Assembly (NCBI GenBank): GCA_003697105.1
Contig: RFFQ01000095.1
Location: 3,388-67,387 of the forward strand
Direction: 5' to 3'
Length of the DNA stretch: 64,000 bases
From: Gemmatimonadota bacterium
GTDB taxonomy: Bacteria; 4572-55; J002
The first letter of the stretch is position 1. Every line of letters begins with the position of its first letter. Both the position numbers and the translations under genes were made by a program. The notes below the pieces were generated by a model. It was not told where the DNA came from and searched no databases. It worked only from the letters and a program-made list of their open reading frames with translations. Shown piece after piece: positions 9,601 through 19,600 of the stretch.

Positions 9601-10803
9601 TCACGTGGATTGCCTTAAAAAGGGGACAAAACAGCACATCAGCACGATTTCCGAAAGTACCGTTGTGACGGTGGCGGCATACAAGCTGTAGCGTGGGATG
9701 AACAGCCAGTTGGTGAGAATGTTAAATACCAAGCCCACCGTCATACCGCCCAACACCAGCCGTTGACGGTGATGGGCGTATAGATCGGAAATCATCACCG
9801 CATTGACCATCAGGAATGGTAATGTCCAAATTAAAATTTGAGCCGGACGGGTGGCACCGGTAAATTCGACACCAAATGCCAGCCGGATGAATTTCTCTGC
9901 AAGGAGCGTGACTAGCAGTGCCAACCCACTCCCACTCAAAAAAAGGTACGGATAAAGGCGTTGGGCGATCTTCCGCCCGGGTTGCTCGGCGATCAGGGGG
10001 AAAACAGCCCCAAAAAAGGCATTGGGTACCAGCCGTACCGCCGTTAATATCGCCAAAGCAATGGCGTAAAGTCCCACCGGTTTATCTCCCGCCAGCATCG
10101 AGAGCATAATCACATCAATTCGGGCATAGAGAATCCCCACAATGCCGATCAGGGCAAAGATCAAAGCGGCACGGAATATTGAAAGGACACTTCCGGTTTC
10201 AACGGGATGCTTGGCGGCAATCAAAGGGATTCCCCATATCAAACTGATGATGGCTTTAAGGCTATCGACCAGTACAATAATGCCAATGACCATCACCAGA
10301 TCGTGACCCTGCCATAGCGCTCCAAAGATACCACCGACTTCTAACACACTTTGTCCAATATTGATGACCATCAGGATGTCCATCCGTTGAAACGCACGAA
10401 ACAACGCATCCAGAGTATAATTGAGACTAAGCGAAATTAGCCAAAGGCAAGATAAAGCTAAACCCCATTTGATGTCCGCCGATTTTTCGGCGGCGAACCC
10501 GATGAAGGCAACTAATCCCAAAATGCTGAGGAGGGTGAGTACTGCCCGAATGCGCAACACATGCTGAAAATAGGTGCGGGCGTGTTCCGGTGTTGCCGCC
10601 ACATCGCGAATAAACAGCGTGTTCAGCCCAAAACCGATGAGCACCGTAAATTGCATCACCAACGTGGTGATGAGTGTGTATTGTCCCATCCCCACATCGC
10701 CCAAAAAGCGGGCAAGGAGGATCATTTTGACCAACGATAGCCCGGATTTGCTAATATTGGAGATTGCTAAAAATGACGTATTTTGGAGCAACTTCCGGCT
10801 CAT
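9601..10803 (-). CDS. Polysaccharide biosynthesis protein / Wzx-like oligosaccharide flippase (MOP superfamily)
   Basis: About 12 TM helices. The N-terminus 'SKSGLSLVKMILLARFLGDVGMGQYTLITTL' is typical of the PF01943 family. Confidence 0.8.
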   Translation of the reverse strand: MSRKLLQNTSFLAISNISKSGLSLVKMILLARFLGDVGMGQYTLITTLVMQFTVLIGFGLNTLFIRDVAATPEHARTYFQHVLRIRAVLTLLSILGLVAFIGFAAEKSADIKWGLALSCLWLISLSLNYTLDALFRAFQRMDILMVINIGQSVLEVGGIFGALWQGHDLVMVIGIIVLVDSLKAIISLIWGIPLIAAKHPVETGSVLSIFRAALIFALIGIVGILYARIDVIMLSMLAGDKPVGLYAIALAILTAVRLVPNAFFGAVFPLIAEQPGRKIAQRLYPYLFLSGSGLALLVTLLAEKFIRLAFGVEFTGATRPAQILIWTLPFLMVNAVMISDLYAHHRQRLVLGGMTVGLVFNILTNWLFIPRYSLYAATVTTVLSEIVLMCCFVPFLRQST

Positions 10804-10813
10804 TATTGTTCCT

Positions 10814-11629
10814 TCATAGGTGAGTGCATTTGTCCCGAAGGGTGTTCTCGGTAGCGTGATACACCTCTTGCAAATGCCGGTGAACAGCTACGGGTAGGTC
10901 GGGTAGCGGGCGGGAGGTGGGCGGCTGAATGTTGCCGGTACGGATTCTGGGGGAGGGGTCGCCGTGCTGCCCCGTGAAGGAAAATTGGTGGTAATCCGGA
11001 GTCAACGGGTGTTTCATTTGTAAAAAGTGTTGTAATGCCGGTAAAAGATGCTCCGTACGTTGGGTCAAATCGGTGTAGCTCAGATAGAAGCCGCGTTGGG
11101 GGTCGTTTAAAGTTTGGGCATACTGTGCTAGTTGGTGCAATCGATGGGGGTAGTACGTAAGTGCATCGTCTAAGGAGAAGCCGTAAAAATGTCCCAGTAC
11201 GTCCACCATGCTTGCCAAACTCGCTTCTGGTTCTCGGATCAAAAAAATAAAGCGCCCGTGCGGGTGAGCGAGGAGCTCTGGTGAGAGAAATCGATTGTGA
11301 TTCAATTGATCCACTACATAGGGGATGGGTTGGCGCCAGCGACGGTAATGCCAGTAACTATCAACGATTAGCCGCTCCACATCGGCTTGGGAGCGATACG
11401 GTGCATTGCGTTCGCCGAGACCCAGTACTTCTGGATGGCTCATCAAAATGTGAGCCAGCAACGTTGAACCGGAACGCATGTGAGCTAAAATCAGGATGAA
11501 GCGCTGTTGATTTCCGGTAATTAGCCGAAAGTAACGTGAAAGCAGATAGCGCGCACCGCGCCGGAAAAATCGAACCACATCTATCCTCCAGTCCGCCCCG
11601 ATCATACATGGTATGGTGTGTGGTGTCAA
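10814..11629 (-). CDS. Sulfotransferase-family protein
   Basis: 5'-PSB loop 'ILAHMRSGSTLLAHIL' and 3'-PB region 'RFIFLIREP'. Confidence 0.7.
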   Translation of the reverse strand: MTPHTIPCMIGADWRIDVVRFFRRGARYLLSRYFRLITGNQQRFILILAHMRSGSTLLAHILMSHPEVLGLGERNAPYRSQADVERLIVDSYWHYRRWRQPIPYVVDQLNHNRFLSPELLAHPHGRFIFLIREPEASLASMVDVLGHFYGFSLDDALTYYPHRLHQLAQYAQTLNDPQRGFYLSYTDLTQRTEHLLPALQHFLQMKHPLTPDYHQFSFTGQHGDPSPRIRTGNIQPPTSRPLPDLPVAVHRHLQEVYHATENTLRDKCTHL

Positions 11630-11642
11630 TAATATTTCTTAT

Positions 11643-11691
11643 TGACAGAACCTCTTGATTTTCATAACAAGAGGCAACATTAAACGGAGGA
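11643..11691 (+). promoter_or_regulatory. Candidate promoter/operator upstream of the radical SAM gene
   Basis: TTGACA at 11643-11648. A perfect inverted repeat CCTCTTG(11651-57)-N10-CAAGAGG(11668-74) follows. GGAGG at 11687-11691 precedes the ATG at 11698. Confidence 0.4.
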
Positions 11692-11697
11692 AGATGT

Positions 11698-12738
11698 ATG
11701 ATTTCACCACGGGACATGGCAAAACGACAACTTAATTTAATAACGCACCGCATCCATACCCTGCCGGTACTGGTTTTAATGCCGCACAGTAGTTGCAATT
11801 GCCGCTGTGTGATGTGCGATATTTGGAAAGCAAACCAGACCCAGCAACAGTTGTCTCCCGCAATTTTACAAGCGCATCTGGCACTGTTCCAAAAATGGGG
11901 GGTCCGTTGGGTAACACTTTCCGGTGGAGAGCCATTGCTTCACAAAAATTTGTGGGATTTTTGCCAGTTACTCAAATCATTGAAGATAAAAATCACGCTT
12001 CTTTCCACCGGTTTGTTGCTCCAGCGCCATGCAGAAAGTGTAGTACGCTGGTGTGACGAGGTGATTGTCTCCTTGGATGGGAGTCGGGAGATTCACAACC
12101 GGATTCGCAATATTCCTAATGCGTATGATAAATTAGCGGCAGGTGTGGCGGCATTACGCCACATTCACCCCGATTTTCGGGTGACCGGGCGGACGGTTTT
12201 GCAACAACAAAATTTTCGGGATTTACCCGAGATCATTCGTTCCGCGCATGCTATCGGCTTGGATCAAATCTCGTTTTTAGCGGCGGATGTTTCTACAGAG
12301 GCGTTCAATCGTCCAGAATTATGGGATGAAGAACGTTCTGCTATCGTGGCACTATGTCCTGCGGAGGTTCCGGAATTTGCAAATATTGTGGAACAGGTGA
12401 TCGCTGATTTTGCTCCTGATTTTGAATGCCGCTATATTGCAGAATCCCCAGACAAATTGCGACAATTGCCCCGTTATTACGGGGCGTTGCTCGGTCAAAA
12501 TCCATTTCCCCCCGTGACGTGCAACGCGCCGTGGGTTTCGGCAGTGATTGAAGCGGGCGGTACGGTGCGACCCTGCTTTTTTCATCCCTCACTTGGCAAT
12601 ATCCATGACGCCCCCCTCGATGAGATTTTAAACCATGAGACGGCAATTCAATTTCGCAAACACCTGCAGACGGGTGCGGATCCAATCTGTGAAAAGTGTG
12701 TTTGTTCGCTGAATTTAGGCATTCGGACGGCGCTTTAA
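11698..12738 (+). CDS. Radical SAM enzyme with a C-terminal SPASM/twitch Cys cluster
   Basis: The CX3CX2C motif is in 'SSCNCRCVMCD'. The C-terminus carries Cys-rich motifs 'CNAPW...GGTVRPCFF' and 'ICEKCVCSL'. It is the only plus-strand gene in this part of the window. Confidence 0.8.
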   Translation: MISPRDMAKRQLNLITHRIHTLPVLVLMPHSSCNCRCVMCDIWKANQTQQQLSPAILQAHLALFQKWGVRWVTLSGGEPLLHKNLWDFCQLLKSLKIKITLLSTGLLLQRHAESVVRWCDEVIVSLDGSREIHNRIRNIPNAYDKLAAGVAALRHIHPDFRVTGRTVLQQQNFRDLPEIIRSAHAIGLDQISFLAADVSTEAFNRPELWDEERSAIVALCPAEVPEFANIVEQVIADFAPDFECRYIAESPDKLRQLPRYYGALLGQNPFPPVTCNAPWVSAVIEAGGTVRPCFFHPSLGNIHDAPLDEILNHETAIQFRKHLQTGADPICEKCVCSLNLGIRTAL

Positions 12739-12750
12739 CGCCTCTTTTTT
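12727..12750 (+). terminator. Weak intrinsic terminator after the radical SAM gene
   Basis: GGCG/CGCC stem with a 6-nt loop that contains the TAA stop, followed by TCTTTTTT (12743-12750). Confidence 0.35.
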
Positions 12751-12855
12751 CCGGTGAATCTTGGCATTATATGGATTCAAAAAGAAAATTCTATTATAGG
12801 ATATTGAATGGCTGAAATCCATTCTATCAGGAGTGAGAGATCGTTTCTCACCAAG

Positions 12856-13659
12856 TCATTGGTTGGTGTAACGGGCAATAATCATCACATGGTCTGCCCA
12901 CCGGTTGAACGGGAATATCCCTCCCCACCGTTCATCGAGCCGTTGTAAAAAGCGGTAGATTTTCGGATGCCGCCGGGCGAATCCCACCTGATCCGGGGTG
13001 GGGCTGATCGACCCAAGCCCGATGACCCGTTGCACCGTAAAGGTTGAGCCGAGGGCACGCTTTATGCCCGTTGGGGTGAAATAATAGGTTCGGGTCGGGA
13101 TACCGCTAATATCTGCCATAACACCACCTTTTTTCCACCGTCGCGTGGCAAATCTCACCTTCCCTTTCAGTACCATCAATAGTTCCCACGGACAAACCGG
13201 CGGCATGATAACCCAGACCACGAATCCGCCGGGTTTTAAAACCCGTGGCAGTTGAGCGGCAACCACACCCACATCCGGGATGCAATTTAGACCACCCAAG
13301 TTTGAAAAAACGCAATCAAATTGACCGGTGATCGGGCTTAAATCAGTGAAAGGGCATTGTTGGGTAGAGATGCGCTGGTGGAGATCGAATTGGCTAATTT
13401 TTTGTTGAATTTGTTCTACCATGCCGGAACTAACATCGGTTGCCAGTACGTGGAAGCCGTGTTGGGCTAAAAATACAGCATCCGTACCGGTACCGGCGTT
13501 AAGTTCCAGTATAGAAGCGTTGGCGGGGAGGATAGAAAGGAGGTGGTGTTGCACCTGATGGCGCATCCAACGCAGGATTTCGTTTTCCGCTTCCACCTGA
13601 TCGTAGGTTTGGGCATGACGGCTAAAGGCGTGGTCTAACTGTTGCCAAGAATGGTTCAT
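12856..13659 (-). CDS. Class I SAM-dependent methyltransferase
   Basis: 'ILELNAGTGTDAVFLAQHGFHVLATDVS' is a Rossmann motif I variant. Confidence 0.8.
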   Translation of the reverse strand: MNHSWQQLDHAFSRHAQTYDQVEAENEILRWMRHQVQHHLLSILPANASILELNAGTGTDAVFLAQHGFHVLATDVSSGMVEQIQQKISQFDLHQRISTQQCPFTDLSPITGQFDCVFSNLGGLNCIPDVGVVAAQLPRVLKPGGFVVWVIMPPVCPWELLMVLKGKVRFATRRWKKGGVMADISGIPTRTYYFTPTGIKRALGSTFTVQRVIGLGSISPTPDQVGFARRHPKIYRFLQRLDERWGGIFPFNRWADHVMIIARYTNQ

Positions 13660-14861
13660 TCGCGAATAACCTCAAGCACTTTGCCGGTTTTGACATCCAC
13701 TTTGTAGGTGATATGGCGCCACACCATCGTCAACACGCCATTTTTCACCCGCCGCAAGGTTTGGAGCAGTGACCATGCTCCTAACACAAATGTGATGGGG
13801 GTCATTATCATCCACAGGATGGTGTTGTAATCGGGGTCTTCGGGGTCAACACTGGCCGGGTTGACGGGCACCCCTTTGCGCATGATATAACCGATTCCAC
13901 CTAACACCACCATCACGTAAGTACTTGCCATCAGGGCTTGGCTATCCTGTGCCACGACCCCGTAGCCCAAAACCACCGGCAACAGCAAAATCCAGAGGGT
14001 CAGGGGCATCACCAACACATAATAAAGGACATACGGAACTTTGAGGTAAATCTGAGAGAATTGAGTCTGCCGGATAAACCACTCAATGGTATTTTTCAGG
14101 GACATATCGCAATAACTTTTTAAGGTGCAACTGGGGATGTATTTTCGGCGAATGTTATGCTGGCGTAAGGCGTGCATAATGGCAATATCATCGACAATTT
14201 CTGTTCCAAGCCGTTCGTATAGATTATACGCATCCATCATGGATTTTCGTAAGGCTAAACTACCTCCCCATAGCGGTTTTTCGGAATCATTGGTCATGCC
14301 CACATTGATAAACGCCGCAAAAATACCGGCGACATAATCCCCCATCCGAAATTTTTTGACCATCGGAATCCGGCGAAAAAAACCCGTGGTCGCCCCGATC
14401 TGATCATCTCCGAAAGGCGCAATCATCTCTTGTAACCACGTGGGGTGGGGTTGGATATCGGCATCGGCGATGACAAAAATATCGGGGTGATTTGCCAGTT
14501 CCATCCCTTTGAGAATGTTGTATGTTTTTTGGGAGCACCATTCGGCTAAACCGGCAATACAAACCCGGATGTTTTCGCCGGTCTGGGCAATCCGGCGAAT
14601 TACCGGTACGGCGCTATCGGTCTCACTTTCCGCACAGAAAATAAATTCCACATCACCATCGTAATGTTGGCGGGTGATGTTGCTCAAATTGTTTTCAAAA
14701 TCTGGATCATCATTACCTTTGCAGGGGATCAGCACCGACACCCGAAATCCACCGGTCGGGGGGTATGTCCGGCTACGCTGAAGCCGGATCAAATGGGTCA
14801 GGGCGATGTACAAAATCAGGCTTGAGGAGATACTAAAACCCCACAAATAAACCGTTAGCAT
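13656..14861 (-). CDS. Membrane glycosyltransferase family 2, GT21/ceramide-glucosyltransferase-like
   Basis: 'VSVLIPCKGNDDPDFENNLSNI' and 'IADADI' (the D,D,D motifs), with N- and C-terminal TM helices. The start was moved to the ATG at 14861 ('MLTVYLWGF'). Confidence 0.75.
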   Translation of the reverse strand: MLTVYLWGFSISSSLILYIALTHLIRLQRSRTYPPTGGFRVSVLIPCKGNDDPDFENNLSNITRQHYDGDVEFIFCAESETDSAVPVIRRIAQTGENIRVCIAGLAEWCSQKTYNILKGMELANHPDIFVIADADIQPHPTWLQEMIAPFGDDQIGATTGFFRRIPMVKKFRMGDYVAGIFAAFINVGMTNDSEKPLWGGSLALRKSMMDAYNLYERLGTEIVDDIAIMHALRQHNIRRKYIPSCTLKSYCDMSLKNTIEWFIRQTQFSQIYLKVPYVLYYVLVMPLTLWILLLPVVLGYGVVAQDSQALMASTYVMVVLGGIGYIMRKGVPVNPASVDPEDPDYNTILWMIMTPITFVLGAWSLLQTLRRVKNGVLTMVWRHITYKVDVKTGKVLEVIRE

Positions 14862-14890
14862 CGTGGAAACTCCAGTCGTCAGAGGTGAGC

Positions 14891-15835
14891 TTAAAGGAAA
14901 AGGTGTTTCACCCAATTGGGTAGCTGGTGATTGTGTGGCGGTTTGAACACATAGTCCACGCACATGAGGGCGATCCGTTCGACCAGTTCGCTAAAATAAA
15001 ACGGGGTAATGATTTCCGGTTGGATGTCTGGAATCGGATTTAACATATCCACGATATACAGTTGACCGGCTTTGAGCCCGTATTCAATCATGTTGATGTC
15101 ATAACCCAATAACTGGCTAATGGTGAGGCTGGTGGTTTCGATTTCCAGTCCTAATTTGTCGGATAGATGCTGGTGATCGGGCACATATTGGTGCTGGTGA
15201 GGAAGGTACTTGATGTTGATCACCCAATTTTTCCCGATGGTATAGGACCGGACATACTGGTCGTAGTCAAGCCAGGCTTCGAGCATGACGGGTTCCGATC
15301 CTGTTTGGTGGTAGGCGTGTAGGAGTTCATCCACGCTGCTCACATATTGATCCGTTAGGGCGGAATTGCGGTGTACCGGACGTAATCGCGCCGGAAAGCC
15401 CACCCATTCCGTAATTGCTTTCCAGTCCAAGGGATACTTTAAATTGCGGAAATCTTGTGGCTGGAATTCTCCATTTGGCTGTTGTTGGGGGAGAAACACG
15501 GCTCGGGGCACGGGCATGTTCCAGCGTTTGGCGAGGGCATATCCCAAAAACCGATTTTCGATCATCTCCAACCAATACGGATTGTTGATGACATATGTCC
15601 GGTGGAGCAGGGTTTGTTTCAGGGCGGTGCGGTAAAAAGGCATTTTATGGGATGCCCAATCTAAGATAACCCGGTACGGCTGGCCAAAACCCGCCCGCAA
15701 TTCACTCAGTTTCACCCACTCTGCCACAATGTTGCACTCTCGGGCTTTCGGGGAGGTGTTAATGATATTTAACAGCGTCGAAATAAAGCGATAATCCTGT
15801 ATCGCCAATACTCCGATTTTTTCGCCTTTTGCCAT
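14891..15835 (-). CDS. ATP-grasp-like protein
   Basis: 'NNPYWLEMIENRFLGYALAKRWNMPVPRAVFL' resembles the ATP-grasp pre-domain (RimK-like 'DK..LA..GiP.P.T'). The assignment is tentative. Confidence 0.5.
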   Translation of the reverse strand: MAKGEKIGVLAIQDYRFISTLLNIINTSPKARECNIVAEWVKLSELRAGFGQPYRVILDWASHKMPFYRTALKQTLLHRTYVINNPYWLEMIENRFLGYALAKRWNMPVPRAVFLPQQQPNGEFQPQDFRNLKYPLDWKAITEWVGFPARLRPVHRNSALTDQYVSSVDELLHAYHQTGSEPVMLEAWLDYDQYVRSYTIGKNWVINIKYLPHQHQYVPDHQHLSDKLGLEIETTSLTISQLLGYDINMIEYGLKAGQLYIVDMLNPIPDIQPEIITPFYFSELVERIALMCVDYVFKPPHNHQLPNWVKHLFL

Positions 15836-15849
15836 GATTCGTCTCGCTA

Positions 15850-16590
15850 TTAATCTCCTGTTGCCAAACGGTCTGCAAGCAATTCGGGTAACCCGGCATT
15901 GATAATTTTTTCCTGTGCGGTTTCAATATCATAATCCACGCGCTTAATCTGAACCGTCATTGCCTCTGTATCAAAAATACAATAGGCGGACTGGGGATTC
16001 CGGTCACGAGGTTGCCCCACAGACCCCACATTTACAATATACCGGCTATGGGGGTCGATGGGGACCACACCGGTACCATTTCGCGCCACGATTACATTCA
16101 GTTCGTCTGCGGTCTTTTGGACAATCATGGGTTGGTGCGTATGCCCGATAAAACAGATTTGTTCGGTAAACATGCGGAATTCATATTTGGCTTCATTGCG
16201 GGAAATAATATAATTCCATTTTTCCGGCTCGGATGGGGTCGCATGGACGATCATAAATCCATCGAATTTTGCCACAAGGGGTAAACTCCGCAGATATTTA
16301 TCATTTTCCGCCGTTAAGACCGTGCGGGTCCACGCAACTGCTTTTTGCGCCACCGGATTGAAGAAGGTTGTATCGGTCAAATCCAGTGCCGCCCAATCAT
16401 GGTTCCCGGCAAGAACTGTCTGGCTGGTTTGACGGACTAAATTCGCACATTCATTGGGATTGGCACCATAACCCACCACATCCCCCAAGCAGAGTAATTC
16501 ATCGGGTTTTTCCACCTCATCCAGAACCTTCAGGACGGTTTCTAGCGCTTCTAAATTCCCGTGAACATCCGAATATATTCCATATTTCAT
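15850..16590 (-). CDS. Metallophosphoesterase (calcineurin-like)
   Basis: 'YSDVHGN', 'GDVVGYG' and 'GNHD' motifs. Confidence 0.85.
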   Translation of the reverse strand: MKYGIYSDVHGNLEALETVLKVLDEVEKPDELLCLGDVVGYGANPNECANLVRQTSQTVLAGNHDWAALDLTDTTFFNPVAQKAVAWTRTVLTAENDKYLRSLPLVAKFDGFMIVHATPSEPEKWNYIISRNEAKYEFRMFTEQICFIGHTHQPMIVQKTADELNVIVARNGTGVVPIDPHSRYIVNVGSVGQPRDRNPQSAYCIFDTEAMTVQIKRVDYDIETAQEKIINAGLPELLADRLATGD

Positions 16591-16653
16591 ACCGTTCTCC
16601 TTTTTTTGAAAATGTGACTGATTCTAGCCGATTGGCTACTTGGCTGCTTCGGC

Positions 16654-19600
16654 TTAATCTCCTGACCCAAATAGAATCAGGTTTGCCCAATAACTGGGAT
16701 GCGGAAATCGTTCCCGAATCATGGATTGGGCGGCGTTTAGGGCGTCTTCCGTCGTGTTACCGGGTAATGCCCGTAAGTATCGTTTGATGGCAATCGCTGT
16801 CGATAAATTATCGGACCGCCAAAGCGCGCCGACAACCGTTGGTGCCCCGCTCAAAAGAAATGCGGTGGGGATGCCCAGTGGAACGATGGCGGAAACGGTA
16901 TCGGGTAAATCCAACAAACCCCCACTAATAGTAATGTGTTTTAGTCGATGTTCCAAGTCTAAAATGGAATAAACCGCCAATTGATGGTCTCCCCATGTGA
17001 TATGATGGTACAATGGATTTGCGGGTGTGGTTTCCAGTGGGCATGAAAATAAGGCTTGGTTTGCTGTCACCAACATCGAATCCACCCGCCCGCGTTGGAT
17101 GTTCATTTCGGTTTGCAATATTACCCCCGGTACTAGCCGCTTTGCGCTGATCGCTTCTTTTGCCATCAAGGGTTCGGTAATAGAACTCAGGACGACCATT
17201 CGATTTGCAACGGATGCAGACGCCGGTGGTAACGGTATGGCAAACATGGCGGAAGGGGCATACCGGAGCCGGTGGGTATCCATTAGATACGAGTCTGGAG
17301 CCGGTTTTAAAGCCCCAAATGATAGTGACGCCAGTACCCGATCCGGTACGATACACCAGCGGGCATATTGTTGCACGTGATCTTCTACCGGTGCAATTAG
17401 GGCGGTGTATAAGGCAAGTGCCGTTTGAGCGGTATCCATTACGTAATAAAGTTGCCGCTGATATTCTGCCACCTGACCGGCTAACTGTTCGGGATGGATG
17501 TGTAGCGGAACGGCACGAACCGCCTGAGCCGAAATCACCCAAACCCAAACCTCGGATGCCATCCAGAAATAGTCCAGCACAACTGTGTCTTTCGGGAGAT
17601 GGGCTTGGACCCGCTGAAGGTCAATTGCCGCCGTGGAAACCATCAAGGATGCGCGGGGCTGATCCGTGACAAGATGCTGGATTTCACGGGCGATCTTCCG
17701 GGACTGCTCCCCAAGCTGGTGTTGCAACTGCTCCGGCAAGGCAATCCCTTGTTTTTGGTAAAGCCGCGCCTGCTGAATATGGCTTTGATATGCCGATTTC
17801 AAAGATCGATACGCTTTCAGCTCCGAGCGTTGCCCCGGAAATGGGCTGATCCATTTCAGATAATCCCACCATTTTGCCCGGGCAGCAACTTCCCATGCCG
17901 CTTCAGGTTTATTCTGTGCCAATAGCAACCGCACCAATGATTCATATATCTCCCGCTCTGGAATGAAAAAACCATACTCCAAAGCAAACGCGCGTGAATC
18001 TGACCGCTCTATATAGTCCAGGGCGCGACGATAGTACACCACGGCAGAATCTACGTGCCCTGTATGCGCCATGTTGGCGGCAATCACCGCTAGAATTCGT
18101 CCTTCCAATTCCGGTAGAATTGCTTGGTGGGCATGTTGCCAAGCGTTTTGGAGAAGGGAATCTGCTTGTTCTATTTGCTGTTCTTGGTAAGCGATCTCCC
18201 CCAGTCGCAATTCCACGGCACTTTGCAAGACCGGATCGGGTGTACCGGCAAGCCACGCCAACGCGGTATCTAAATGCGTTTTTGCACGAGCAACCTGAGC
18301 CGCCTGTAAACAGGCAACCGCCAAATTATAATGACATTTTGCCCCATCAGGCAATGATTTAAATCCGTCGTTCGTTGCCAAAACCTCGGAAAAATAGAAC
18401 TGGGCACGGGTGGGATGGTGTTCTTGGAGGTACATCAACCCGAGTTGGGATTTTAACATGATTATACCGTGCCCTTGAACCGGGTTCAGTTGGGCATGTT
18501 GCAGTGCTGTTTGCAACACCCTAAAACTTTGTTTTGATTTGCCCTGAAGCCACAAAATATGGCTTTTTAGCCGGGTGATCTCCCATGGGGTGGAGGGTGG
18601 CGCCGGATTCCCAGCACGGAGTTCGGCGCGTTCTACCCACTTCAGGGCTAAGGTGTAGTCACCGTATTCCAACGCGGCAGTGGCAATTTCTTGTGCGAGG
18701 GTCATTTGGAGGGGGGCGGTTCCCAATACACGTAAGTATTGATCTGCCTGCTGGAATGCCTCCAATGCGGAATCTGGGCGGGCAAGAGTGAGGTACAGCC
18801 TGCCGATCTGCCAGAACACGTGGGCAATTTCTACCGTATCTGCCAGTTGCTGGTAAATGGGTAACGCTTGCCGGTAGCTTGCCAGTGCCGCCGCCACGTT
18901 GATTTGCCGGAATGCAAGATCACCCCGAAGCCGGAGCACTTTTGCCAACACATCCGGACGGTTGTGTTGTTGGCTGTACTGCTGGGCGTCATCCAGATGT
19001 TGCTTTGCTGGATCATATGCTTCCAGTTCTATTTCCAACTCGGCAAGGGTCGTGTATGCTAGTGGGAAGTGGTCGCTGAGTTGTTTCTCGTGTAAAAATG
19101 CCACGTAACGTTCCTGATAGCGTAATGCCAATTTGGGTTGTTGGGCGGCGCGTAAACAGCGGACTAACATCCGGTGTGCCTGTGTGATGTTCTCTATGGG
19201 AGTTGTCCGGTCTTTCTGGAGACGGGTTAATTGTTTTTGCTGGGTGGTTGCCGCCTGCCGGTAGTCACCATTCTCATATAATGCCTGGACCAACTCGTTG
19301 TAAATGGGCGAGATGCGCTGTGGCGCCGCATATTCTGCGAGGCGTAAAGCGGTTTCTAGGGCATGGATGGCACGTTCCCACTGGCCAGCGTTCCGGTAAT
19401 GCAATGCTTGTTGGTAGGACTGTTCCAATTGCTGGCGGGCAACTTTTTGTAACGATTGTGCCGGGAGACCCGGAAATCCCCATAGCCGAAACCCAGCCCA
19501 CTCCCGGACGGTTTGCTGGCGTTGAATTGCTTCGATCTGGGTTTGTTGTAACGCACCGGCAATGGTGTTTTGTGCCTGCTGGTACTCATATAGATGTCCA

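Noticed and set aside
12808-12951. 47-codon plus-strand ORF immediately downstream of the radical SAM gene, considered as a RiPP precursor candidate
   Set aside because: It has no RBS. It overlaps the 3' end of the convergent methyltransferase gene. It has no Cys/Ser/Thr-rich core or leader-like features.
13656-16590. The idea that the GT2 and radical SAM represent hopanoid side-chain genes (HpnI/HpnJ-like)
   Set aside because: HpnJ is a B12-binding radical SAM of about 470 aa. The enzyme here is a 346-aa SPASM/twitch type. No squalene-hopene cyclase or HpnH is present.
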